DNA from: Candidatus Hodarchaeota archaeon
GTDB lineage: Archaea > Asgardarchaeota > Lokiarchaeia > Sigyniarchaeales > SOKP01
Reading direction: 5' to 3'
Length of the DNA stretch: 61,176 bases
Assembly (NCBI GenBank): GCA_048887145.1
Contig: JBHLKA010000002.1
Coordinates: 1 to 61,176, forward strand
Shown: piece by piece, positions 35,568-45,176 of the stretch
How positions within the stretch are numbered: position 1 is the stretch's first letter
Layout of the letters: every line of letters begins with the position of its first letter
Notes under the pieces: model-generated
Database searches by the model: none
The model's input: only the letters and a program-made list of their open reading frames with translations
Told to the model about the DNA's origin: nothing
Program-made: the position numbers and the translations under genes

Positions 35568-38500
35568 TTAGAAGAAATCAGATAACTTCTGTTGTTTTAT
35601 TCTGGGATTATTTGTTAAACTCTCTACATATTCCTCAATTAATTCCATTCGTTGAATAGTATACTCATCTAATTTAAATTCTTTACATAACCTAATAGCA
35701 CGAGGAATATATTTTTCAATTCCACCTCTATTAACTGTTAATATAACTCTATTTCCACATATAGGACAATTACCTGCATTAGAGAGAGGGGGTCTTCTGA
35801 ATTTCTCATTACATTTCACACACCTAAATTCTTGTATAGAAAACTTCCTTAAATTGCCTAAAATATCTGGATTGAAGTGACTAGTTAAAATCTTTTCCGC
35901 AACCTTTTTAGCATTTACGGATTTAATGATTTCAGCTAGATGTAATTGAGCATCTACTTTTTTATCCATAGATTCATATGTTTTATATGCTGTAACTTTA
36001 GGTCCATCGTTAATATTTTTAGTAGGTATGTTGAATCCAATGTTTTCAAATCGTTCAGGAGTACCTAATCGGCTTTCTACAAGGCTCATCAATTTTTCAA
36101 TTTTTGATGGAGAGATATATTTCTCGCTTTCTTCATAAAACTCTAAAGGGTATTTATATAGCGTATCTACATTATGGACCTCAACATCTATTTCATTTGG
36201 ATCTAAAGATGTACCAATAACCAATGTAGCATCCATCCTTCCACCAATTTTACTTGGTAAATAATGCCTAGAAAAATTCAAAAGAGGATCTAAAAGGAGC
36301 ATTATCCCATCTTCATCTCCATCACAGTTCCTTCTTTTTGCAGCATGCCAATAAGGATGAGCATAAATTGATCTAGCAGGAGTGAATCCAATGATACGAC
36401 CAATAATTCCCGCACTTGTATGAGGGGCTAATCCCACTAATAAATGTCCAACCAAATCCGCTTTTTCAGAAATATTATAAAATCTATCCATTTCATAAAA
36501 ATACTCTAATTCATCATCTAAAAACCGAGAAACTTTAATTAAATAATCGGCACAATCGTTTGAGATGACAATATCTTGTACTTTTAATTCAATAATTTGT
36601 TTTTTATCATTTAATGGGTCACCCTTAAAATCATGTGTATATCCCAAATCTCTTAATTTTTCAATAGAGATTCCAATTTCTTCTGCTTTAAAATGAGTAA
36701 GAGGAATATCGGTAGCATCGTACCTTATTTCAGCAGTTTTGTATACTAAAACATCATTTTTTGCTCGTAAAATGCCTTTTTCTATAGGTTCTGGTATCTT
36801 GAATGTATTTGTTAAACCAAAAATACCTTTTAATTTTTTTGGAAAAGTTATTTGAAGAGAATTTAAAACTGAATCGATATGAGATTTAATATTAAATATA
36901 GCTTCACTTGAAGATTTCAGAGTTTCTCCACATTTAGGGCATTTTTCTTTTTCATTAGGATCTGATGCAGGAAATAAATTTTTACATTTTATGCAAATTG
37001 ATTTTAACTCAGTATGAGCTTTACACTTCGGACATAAATTAAATATGCTTACTGTACCACATTTAGGGCACATTCTCCTGCATACATCTATCTGTACTTT
37101 TTGTAATTCTCTTGCCTTTTCTACAGATCTAGAATTACCAACTTTATCACTTAGAGGGAATAATGAATGGACTCCCTTCATACTCTTTCTTTCGGATTTT
37201 TCAGGACGCCCCATTCGCGTACCCATAAAATAAGGTGCTTTATTCTTCACTCTAATAGAAGATACCTTGAAAAAATAACTGAATACATCATCTTCCTTAC
37301 TATATTTAACTAATTTTTTATCTTTAAGATTAAATAACGCCTTATAGACACTATTCATGGCTTTTTTAAAAAAAATTTTATTATCTTTAACTTTATGTAA
37401 AATAAATGCTTTTTCAAGAATCTCTTTAATTTTGTTAGTATTTTCTAAGATAATTTTCTCATTTTGTACCGAAAAATTAGATATAAATGCCTTTCTTAAA
37501 AGATCTAATTCTTCTACTGAGATATTGCCCCAAAAATCAGTATATGAGGGGTGTAGAGGTATATTGTAATTTAAAGATATTTCTATTGCTTCATCAGCTG
37601 TAGGTTTACATTCAAAGGGATTAGTTATATAATCACGTATTTTTTGATCTATATTTTGTAGGTTCCCAATGGCGTTTTCTAATTCTAAAGCCCACCACTC
37701 TTCTACATAACCAGAAGCTACTAAGATATGATTATTTTCTGCGAATTCTCCAAAACCAAAAAGTATATCACCTAGAAATAAAACATTTTCTATTTGAGGA
37801 AAATAATGTTTTGCCATTTTATAACTATTTACTTTAATTACATTCCCATTTTTCAATTTAACAATAGGAGGTTCAATGGAATTAACAGGACAAATACTCG
37901 TACTTTTACCAGGCCTTTCAATTCTTAACTGTGTACCTATTGAGATAAAATCATCCAAAATCCCCATAGTCGCAGGATGGATTCCCGCTGCCGCTAAACC
38001 AGTATTTCTAGATCTTCCATACCTTATTCTATGACCGCCTATTTCAGATGGGTGACTGAAAACTGGTCTTCCTGCTATAATATCAGCAACAAATTTTGAA
38101 TTAGGGAGAATTTTCTTCTTTTTTTCTTCTTTTACTTCTTCTACTCCTACCTTACTTACAACAGTGTTTTTATCTTCTCCTTTATTAGCTACTTTTTTTA
38201 AATCAGCTAACCAATTCCAACTTTCTAATTTCATTGTTTTTGCGATTTTTAAAAGTTTTGGCGCTTTAAGAAGAATTCCATCATTTAATACTAAGCAGGC
38301 ACCCCCGCGGATTTTATTTGTTTCAATTCTTGGTAAATTTCGAAACGCTGAGACTTCTTCTTCTTCTGTTGAATCCCCATTTATTTCTACAGGTAAGTGT
38401 TTTACTGCGAATCTTATCTCGTCATTGGAGGATGGATATTGTAAATGAACTCTTCTATCATATAATTTTACTTCTTCGACATATCTTCCAATTTCAGCTT

Positions 38501-39032
38501 CTGTGGCTTCATATTTAGGTATTTTTGTTTTTTCTCTTACATAATCAGCTATTAGAACACATAATGCCTGTGTCGTTCCTCCAGCGGCTCTTATCGGTCC
38601 TGCAAAATATAAGGATAAATATTTATTTCCTTGCTTGTCATTTCTTATGAGAATCTTTGAAATTCCTTCTAAGGGAGCACTGACAACACCCATAGTTTTT
38701 ATTGCTAAACCTACTCTAATAGATCTTTCCACTCTTTCTTCTAATGATTGAATATCTCCAATTTTTTGATCCAAAATATCTGAAACTACTTGAAATACTA
38801 TTTCATCATCACTTTTTCCCTTAATCTTAAGTTCTCTTATGATATCTGCGACTCCTTCTGGTCCAACAAGTTTTTCTACCCTTCCAGCTAAATCTCTTGC
38901 TTGTGGAGACTCTACATACAATTCTGGGTCTAATCCTTTTTTACGGGCTCTTTCTGCGAGATCATAACAAATATCTACTTGTTTTTGAATTCTTAAAAAA
39001 TAATCTTCCATTTCCTTGCTCATATCGACCAT
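35568..39032 (-). CDS. polD2: DNA polymerase II (PolD) large subunit DP2
   Basis: The ORF runs to 39083. The likely start is the MVDM/MSKEMEDYF region, by comparison with known DP2 N-termini (MEEYF...ARKKG.DP). Several CxxC zinc modules are present (CPKCG, CPKCK, CIKC, CPKCG, CVKC..CPICG). The length is consistent with an intein-free protein. Confidence 0.93.
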   Translation of the reverse strand: MVDMSKEMEDYFLRIQKQVDICYDLAERARKKGLDPELYVESPQARDLAGRVEKLVGPEGVADIIRELKIKGKSDDEIVFQVVSDILDQKIGDIQSLEERVERSIRVGLAIKTMGVVSAPLEGISKILIRNDKQGNKYLSLYFAGPIRAAGGTTQALCVLIADYVREKTKIPKYEATEAEIGRYVEEVKLYDRRVHLQYPSSNDEIRFAVKHLPVEINGDSTEEEEVSAFRNLPRIETNKIRGGACLVLNDGILLKAPKLLKIAKTMKLESWNWLADLKKVANKGEDKNTVVSKVGVEEVKEEKKKKILPNSKFVADIIAGRPVFSHPSEIGGHRIRYGRSRNTGLAAAGIHPATMGILDDFISIGTQLRIERPGKSTSICPVNSIEPPIVKLKNGNVIKVNSYKMAKHYFPQIENVLFLGDILFGFGEFAENNHILVASGYVEEWWALELENAIGNLQNIDQKIRDYITNPFECKPTADEAIEISLNYNIPLHPSYTDFWGNISVEELDLLRKAFISNFSVQNEKIILENTNKIKEILEKAFILHKVKDNKIFFKKAMNSVYKALFNLKDKKLVKYSKEDDVFSYFFKVSSIRVKNKAPYFMGTRMGRPEKSERKSMKGVHSLFPLSDKVGNSRSVEKARELQKVQIDVCRRMCPKCGTVSIFNLCPKCKAHTELKSICIKCKNLFPASDPNEKEKCPKCGETLKSSSEAIFNIKSHIDSVLNSLQITFPKKLKGIFGLTNTFKIPEPIEKGILRAKNDVLVYKTAEIRYDATDIPLTHFKAEEIGISIEKLRDLGYTHDFKGDPLNDKKQIIELKVQDIVISNDCADYLIKVSRFLDDELEYFYEMDRFYNISEKADLVGHLLVGLAPHTSAGIIGRIIGFTPARSIYAHPYWHAAKRRNCDGDEDGIMLLLDPLLNFSRHYLPSKIGGRMDATLVIGTSLDPNEIDVEVHNVDTLYKYPLEFYEESEKYISPSKIEKLMSLVESRLGTPERFENIGFNIPTKNINDGPKVTAYKTYESMDKKVDAQLHLAEIIKSVNAKKVAEKILTSHFNPDILGNLRKFSIQEFRCVKCNEKFRRPPLSNAGNCPICGNRVILTVNRGGIEKYIPRAIRLCKEFKLDEYTIQRMELIEEYVESLTNNPRIKQQKLSDFF

Positions 39033-39293
39033 TGATAGCCAACTTAAAATGTGTATTTTTAGGGTTTCTAAGAAATTTAACAATCTTAAACCAATAAATT
39101 GATTTATTAATAGGCTAATTGAACCATAATTTTTTAATAAATAGGGATAAAGAATTTTTAGTTGTTTTAATAATATTGATATTTAAAACACTCCCTAATT
39201 ATAAAAAGTAAAAATTTGTTCTTTGCTTAATAATAAATCATTAAATTTTGTCTCAACATTAATACAATAATTAATATTCTGGTAGAGAAAAAA

Positions 39294-41054
39294 TTGGATA
39301 AGGATTTGGCAGAGCAAAAGAGGATAATAATTAATGCACTCGTTAATTCGGGTATAAATATTACTCCTCAAAGTATGAAATCAATATTAGATCTAAAAAA
39401 TCTACAAAAAGGTTTGAGTAATCTAATAAAAGAACTAAGCTTTATTCCAAATTTTAATAGTCATTTAACAGAAAGCATTTTAAAAAAAATTTCAAATGAA
39501 GAATTACAAAAAGCACTGAAAAGGACAATCGAAAAGTCAAAGGATTTACAAAATGAAAAAGAATCTACTGTGGATGATATTAGATTGAAACAGCCTAAAA
39601 GTTCTAACCTTGAGATAAAAACTCAAGAATCAAAAGTACAAATGGAGGAATTACCCATCGAATTGCCTACTAAATTAGAAGATATAAACTTTACTTCTAC
39701 TGAAAGCTTTTTAATAAAAGAAAAATCAAAGATTCAACAATTTGGAACAACAAAATCTAAAATAAAAGTCAGTCCTATCGCTAAAGACTATGAATTTGAT
39801 TATACAATTTTAAAAGATCCAACAGGAAAATTATATACAAATGGAGAGTATTCTGATTTTTATCAGTTGACACTAGATAAGTTCAAAAAACTACACATAT
39901 TAATGAGAAAAAGACCCGAGGTACTTTCTGCAGTTTCCATAAAAAATATTCTTAGATTATCTAGAGACGTGGAAATATCCACTATTGGATTAGTTAAAAA
40001 TATTCGTCAAACCAAAAATGGGAATTATTTCTTAGAATTGGAAGATTTAACAGGTAATATTAATGTACTTGTTAGAAAAGATTCTGAAGATAAAGAATCT
40101 ATAAAAATCGTCAAAAGAATTGTTTTTGATCAGATGCTATATGTAAAAGGAATGTATAACTCAGGTGAAAAGTTTAAAAATGGAATAATTTTTGCAGATT
40201 ACATCTCAAAAATAGATATACCCACAGACTATCAACCTAATCGATCTACATTACCAATTTCTCTTGCTTTAATTTCAGATACTCATATTGGTAGCAAAGA
40301 ATTTGAAGAACCTTTATTTAAAAGATTTTTAAATTTTTTAAATGGTAAAGTTGGTAATAAGAAATTAAGAGAAATTGCTGGAAGAATAAAATATATTATA
40401 ATAAATGGTGATCTAGTTGATGGGATTGGAGTCTATCCGAATCAACAAGATGATTTAATAATTTCTGATATTTACATGCAATTTAAAAAAGCTTCAGAGT
40501 TACTGACTGAAATTCCAGATTACATTAAAGTTTTTTATGTATCTGGTAATCATGAACCAGTTAGGAATGCTCTACCTAGACCCGCAGTCCCAAAAAAATA
40601 TAGCAAGGCTTTAATTGATTTAAATGTAACATGTTTGGGAAATCCTTCTTTAATCAAAACTAATAATGTGAGCACACTCATTTATCATGGAGAAAGTATT
40701 CATGATATGAATTTGTTAATTCATGATTTAGATATAAATAAACCTATTGATGCTATGAAAGAATTTCTTATTTGTAGACATTTAGCGCCAATTTTTGGTG
40801 AAAAAACACAAATTGCGCCAGCAGAAAAAGATTTTCTTGTGATAGATCGAATTCCTGATATTTTTCATACCGGTCATATTCATATAAATGGAAGTGGGAA
40901 ATATAATAATGTTACCTTGATTAATTCTGGATGTTTTCAGTCCCAAACAGATTTTATGAAAAGTTTTGGAATAGATCCAACCCCCGGAATTGTTCCGATT
41001 ATTGAATTAGATACATTAAAGGCATTTGAATTAGATTTAAAAAGTAATAATTAA
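39294..41054 (+). CDS. polD1: DNA polymerase II (PolD) small subunit DP1 (OB fold plus calcineurin-like phosphoesterase)
   Basis: 586 aa, TTG start. Phosphoesterase motifs are ISDTHIGS, INGDLVDG, SGNHE and GHIH. The gene is divergent from DP2. Confidence 0.9.
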   Translation: MDKDLAEQKRIIINALVNSGINITPQSMKSILDLKNLQKGLSNLIKELSFIPNFNSHLTESILKKISNEELQKALKRTIEKSKDLQNEKESTVDDIRLKQPKSSNLEIKTQESKVQMEELPIELPTKLEDINFTSTESFLIKEKSKIQQFGTTKSKIKVSPIAKDYEFDYTILKDPTGKLYTNGEYSDFYQLTLDKFKKLHILMRKRPEVLSAVSIKNILRLSRDVEISTIGLVKNIRQTKNGNYFLELEDLTGNINVLVRKDSEDKESIKIVKRIVFDQMLYVKGMYNSGEKFKNGIIFADYISKIDIPTDYQPNRSTLPISLALISDTHIGSKEFEEPLFKRFLNFLNGKVGNKKLREIAGRIKYIIINGDLVDGIGVYPNQQDDLIISDIYMQFKKASELLTEIPDYIKVFYVSGNHEPVRNALPRPAVPKKYSKALIDLNVTCLGNPSLIKTNNVSTLIYHGESIHDMNLLIHDLDINKPIDAMKEFLICRHLAPIFGEKTQIAPAEKDFLVIDRIPDIFHTGHIHINGSGKYNNVTLINSGCFQSQTDFMKSFGIDPTPGIVPIIELDTLKAFELDLKSNN

Positions 41055-41065
41055 TAAATTTAAAT

Positions 41066-41749
41066 ATGTCTTTTTCAATTCCTCGACAAAAAATATCAGA
41101 AATGGTATTATATATATGGAAAATCATCAACTTTCCCGAGATTCCATATGAAAATCTTTTATTTAAAATTTCCTTTGATTTATTTCTTTACCCCCCGGAT
41201 GAAGCAAAGATCTTCATTGAAAATGCAATTAAAAATAAATTTCTTATTCAGGATGATGATAAAAATCTTAAATTATCCGAGAATTTGAATTCTAAACTTC
41301 AAGCTTGGCAAAGAAATCGTAAGAATGAAATTTTACGTAAAATGGAATTTTATCAAAAGGAAAGTGAACTTAGAAATACTCTCGAACTAAAAAATAAAGA
41401 TGAATTTAATATTCTTTTAAAGAGTTTCACAGACAAGACAACTCTTAATCGCGCGGTAAGTGTTTCAGAATCTGCGTTTAATATAAAAAAAGTCGATTTA
41501 AATGAAGGATTAATACTAGGCAACGTCGTAGGATCGAAAGAAGAACCTTATCTGTTTAAAATAGATTTAAATGAAAAAGAGTTAAAACACAACTGCCATG
41601 ATTTTCAAACAAGAAGAGCCAAAGAAAAAAAATTCTGTAAACACTTAATTAGATTATTCCTGATATTAAGAGAAAAAGATCAAAAAATAGCAGTTTCTTT
41701 TCTTAGGAAAATTAGTGATAATATTGAAAAATGGGAATTTTCAGATTAA
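41066..41749 (+). CDS. Hypothetical protein with a degenerate SWIM-like C/H motif, wedged between DP1 and orc1
   Basis: 227 aa, starting 11 bp after the DP1 stop. The C-terminus, HNCHDFQTRRAKEKKFCKH, resembles a SWIM zinc finger but lacks the canonical CxC. Confidence 0.5.
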   Translation: MSFSIPRQKISEMVLYIWKIINFPEIPYENLLFKISFDLFLYPPDEAKIFIENAIKNKFLIQDDDKNLKLSENLNSKLQAWQRNRKNEILRKMEFYQKESELRNTLELKNKDEFNILLKSFTDKTTLNRAVSVSESAFNIKKVDLNEGLILGNVVGSKEEPYLFKIDLNEKELKHNCHDFQTRRAKEKKFCKHLIRLFLILREKDQKIAVSFLRKISDNIEKWEFSD

Positions 41750-43068
41750 ATTAGCTTTCTAAAAACATTATTCTTTATTTTAACCTTATCAGTCAATAAA
41801 ACTATTGGTTTATGGTTTAAAATGCCGCTAATTTGAAATTTTTCTATTTGAGATAAAGCACGCTCAACTAAATCTTTTTCAATATCAAAATTAACTAACT
41901 TTGTCCTTCCATAGTGTCCCATGGATTTAGTACTAGCAGTTATTATTCCTGCTAGAGATAATTCATTTATGTAATCACTTATCCTTCTTTGGGTTAATTT
42001 TTTTATACCAGGCACTTTCTCAGCTAATTCTGAATGCGTTTCATATATATCTCCAGAGGTGATAATATGACCTTTTCCATACTTCTTAAGAAGATGAATT
42101 GCGGTTAATGTCAATTGTGCTTGAAGCGGCATCGATAATATATATTCAATTATGTGATTTTTTTCGAGGTCTTTTTGAGCCTTAATTATATCTGATTCTG
42201 AAATTATCTTGTGCTGTTTTCTTTCAGCGAGCTCTCCTGCTTTTCTTAATAATTGAAGTGCTTTTCTAGCATCCCCGTGTTCTTTTGCAGCTAAACCAGC
42301 ACAGAGCTTTATAACACCCTGATCTAACACCTTTTCATTAAAAGCAATTTTTGAGCGTTGGATTAGTATGTCAGCTAATTCATTAGCATTATAAGGATGA
42401 AATACTATTGGTTCTTGCCCTGACAATCCAGAAGTGACTCTTGAATCCAAATATTCCATGAACCTTAATTTATTTGATATGCCTATTATACATGCTCTGC
42501 ATGAATCTAAGTTCTCATTTAATCTTGTTAAATCATATAAAATTTCATTTCCTTCTGTTTTTTCAATAAGAATATCAATCTCATCTAAAACAAGAAAACA
42601 AACGCTATTTTTGATGCGTATGTCTAATAACCCTAATAACTTTTTAAAAATTATATCTTTTGGCAATCCAGTAGGTGGTATTTTTTCTTTTCCTTCTATC
42701 GTATTATAAATGTGAGCTAGAATACGATAAGGAGTAGAAACGATGTTACAATTTATATAAATCCACCATGGAAGATTTTTTTCACAATGCTGAGCTAATT
42801 TTTGGCTGATATACCTAATGGTGGCAGTCTTACCTGTACCAGTCATACCATAGCATAAGAAACTAGGAGGGACATCTCCTTCTAGCGCACATGCTGTTAT
42901 TCCTGCAATTTTCTTTATTTCTTTATCCCGATGTGGTAATTCTTCAGGAATATACGAAGGTTCTAAAGCTTCACGCATTTTAAATATTTTTGGGCCTTTC
43001 AAATATTTCTTATAAAATCTGTCAATATTAAAAGAGTGATTATCATTATTCTTTGGATTAGTCAACAA
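41746..43068 (-). CDS. cdc6: Orc1/Cdc6 replication initiator (AAA+ plus winged helix)
   Basis: 440 aa. Contains the EELPHRDKEI motif, Walker A GMTGTGKT and Walker B LVLDEID, plus a C-terminal winged-helix region (ISDYINELSLAGII). Confidence 0.92.
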   Translation of the reverse strand: MLTNPKNNDNHSFNIDRFYKKYLKGPKIFKMREALEPSYIPEELPHRDKEIKKIAGITACALEGDVPPSFLCYGMTGTGKTATIRYISQKLAQHCEKNLPWWIYINCNIVSTPYRILAHIYNTIEGKEKIPPTGLPKDIIFKKLLGLLDIRIKNSVCFLVLDEIDILIEKTEGNEILYDLTRLNENLDSCRACIIGISNKLRFMEYLDSRVTSGLSGQEPIVFHPYNANELADILIQRSKIAFNEKVLDQGVIKLCAGLAAKEHGDARKALQLLRKAGELAERKQHKIISESDIIKAQKDLEKNHIIEYILSMPLQAQLTLTAIHLLKKYGKGHIITSGDIYETHSELAEKVPGIKKLTQRRISDYINELSLAGIITASTKSMGHYGRTKLVNFDIEKDLVERALSQIEKFQISGILNHKPIVLLTDKVKIKNNVFRKLI

Positions 43069-43331
43069 ATAATTACACCTACTTTATAATTATTGATAAT
43101 AAACATTTAAAAATATCATGTTAACCGACAAATTAATTGAGAGCAATCAAGCCCTTAATATATATTGATTTGCCTTATCCGTAATTTTTAATATTACAGT
43201 CTCACTTTTAAAAGATAATTATTTATCGAATAATATTATTAATGATTTATTATTTAGCTTTAAATTTAACAATATTTAATTTAAATAAATTATTATTTTA
43301 TGTAATTTCTCTTACAGCTCACTAAATAAAT

Positions 43332-44105
43332 ATGTCAAAAACGGATTATGATGAGATTCTCATAAAGAGAAATACAAAAATAGCAAAAATTTTAGCGCTA
43401 AGTTTTGCCTGTTTATTTATTATGAATTTTATCATAATTTCTCTCATATTTACATGGACAGATTGGGTAGCTCTTCTAATTTTTAGTTTGTTGTTTATAA
43501 CACCAGGTTATATATCAAATGCAGGAATGGTAATAGTTGGTAAAGGCAAACCGATAGATGGAGGCAAATTTTGTAAAGATGGGAGAAGAATACTAGGAGA
43601 TCATAAGACATGGAGGGGATTAATTTTTGGCCCACTCTATATAGGTATACCGATCTCCTTTGGAATCTTTCTATTATTCCTGGCATTATGGCCCGCAATT
43701 GAGATAATCCCTGTTTCTGGAGCAGCAAATGGAATTTATAAAATCTATTCCGATCTATTCCATTACAAATTCTATTTTATTGGAGGAGAATTCCCAATTG
43801 GGGTATTAATGATATTAATTAGAATAATTCTTTGTTCTTATGGAGCTGCTATTGGAGATTTAATTGGGTCTTTTTTTAAAAGAAGATTAAACATTCAAAG
43901 TGGAGCACCGTTTTGGATAATTGATCAACTTGATTTTGTATTAATAGCAATTCTTTTTGCATCTATACCAACATTAATTTTCCCGGAAATTTATTTAGCA
44001 CCTGATCTTTTCATAATAATCTTTTTATTGATTTTAACCCCTTCAGTGAGTATTATTGCGAATACTGTAGCCTACGTTGTAGGTTTAAAAGACGTTCCTT
44101 GGTAA
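43332..44105 (+). CDS. carS: CDP-archaeol synthase (CarS, DUF46 family)
   Basis: 257-aa polytopic membrane protein. Contains PIDGGKFCKDGRRILGDHKTWRGLIFG and GDLIGSFFKRRL...PFWIIDQLDF motifs. Confidence 0.8.
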   Translation: MSKTDYDEILIKRNTKIAKILALSFACLFIMNFIIISLIFTWTDWVALLIFSLLFITPGYISNAGMVIVGKGKPIDGGKFCKDGRRILGDHKTWRGLIFGPLYIGIPISFGIFLLFLALWPAIEIIPVSGAANGIYKIYSDLFHYKFYFIGGEFPIGVLMILIRIILCSYGAAIGDLIGSFFKRRLNIQSGAPFWIIDQLDFVLIAILFASIPTLIFPEIYLAPDLFIIIFLLILTPSVSIIANTVAYVVGLKDVPW

Positions 44106-44106
44106 T

Positions 44107-44658
44107 TTAATGGTTTAATTTCATAACTTTACACGAAATTTTTATTGGAGTCCCTCTATTTTGGAAAATGATAAATCTCTCAAGTAATTTATTGACAGCT
44201 TTTATATAATCTCCATTTCTTCCTATAGCTATTCCTCTATCTTCAAAAGTAAGAAAATTTACTGATATTTCCCGTTTCCCAGAATAAATGTTGAATTCAA
44301 CTTTAATATCATGAATATAAATATCTGGAAAGAAACTATGTATTAAATTAATAAGAGTATTTTCCGAACGAATCAATGCTACTTTTCTACAGAATTTAAA
44401 CCTTATGGAATTCAAGTGCATTTTTGCTTCAAAATAATACTCATTATCCACAAAATAAAAAACAAATTGATTAATTACTATAATATTTTTAGGATAAATT
44501 TTAGTCTTACTGTAGAAATAATCATATAATTTGAGTTCAAAGTTAGAATATTTTCTGATAAAAGTTAAAGTTTGATAAAAAATTAAATCGTCTAAAATTG
44601 TATAAAGCATATAAAAGAATTTTATCAAAAAGAGATTTAAAGTCCTAAGAAAATTCAT
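44107..44658 (-). CDS. Hypothetical protein with a KH-like GxxG C-terminal region
   Basis: 183 aa. IAIGRNGDYIKAVNKLLERF resembles a KH-domain GXXG loop. The remainder was not recognised. Confidence 0.4.
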   Translation of the reverse strand: MNFLRTLNLFLIKFFYMLYTILDDLIFYQTLTFIRKYSNFELKLYDYFYSKTKIYPKNIIVINQFVFYFVDNEYYFEAKMHLNSIRFKFCRKVALIRSENTLINLIHSFFPDIYIHDIKVEFNIYSGKREISVNFLTFEDRGIAIGRNGDYIKAVNKLLERFIIFQNRGTPIKISCKVMKLNH

Positions 44659-44720
44659 TATATAGCCAAAAAGTTTAATAATTTAAGGTATTGAATTAAT
44701 TGTATCTAAATGGTTTTCAG

Positions 44721-45161
44721 ATGATGAAAAAGGCTGGATTTGAATTTAAAGATCATACTGCAGATGTACAAGTAAGAAGTTGGGGTAGAACATTAGAAGA
44801 AGCTTTCTCGCAGACGGCTTTAGGTTTAATGTCTACAATCACGCCTAATTTAAAAAAAATTTCCCCTCTTATTACAAAAATTATCGAAATAAATTCTGAA
44901 GATTTATATGCTTTATGTTTTGATTTCCTTTCTGAATTTCTTTATATATTTGATGTAGACGGATTAGTATTTAAAGAAATAACTGTGCAGTTCATTAAAA
45001 AAAAAAATGATGGATATAAACTAAAAGCAACAGCAATAGGAGACAAATTTGACCTAAATAAGCATGAAGTAGGAACAGAAGTAAAAGCAATAACCTATTC
45101 ATTTATGAACATTGAACAAAAAAAAGATAAAATTGAAATTGATATTACTTTCGATATTTAG
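44721..45161 (+). CDS. Archease (RtcB cofactor)
   Basis: FEFKDHTADVQVRSWGRTLEEAFSQTALGLM is the archease signature. The tracked ORF starts at a TTG at 44700, and the ATG at 44721 is the more likely start. Confidence 0.9.
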   Translation: MMKKAGFEFKDHTADVQVRSWGRTLEEAFSQTALGLMSTITPNLKKISPLITKIIEINSEDLYALCFDFLSEFLYIFDVDGLVFKEITVQFIKKKNDGYKLKATAIGDKFDLNKHEVGTEVKAITYSFMNIEQKKDKIEIDITFDI

Positions 45162-45176
45162 AGTCTTAATCATATT

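Noticed and set aside
37045-39097. Five plus-strand ORFs (37045, 37357, 38164, 38318 and 38897)
   Set aside because: All are antisense to the PolD DP2 gene. No motifs are present, and they are shadow ORFs of an AT-rich coding region.
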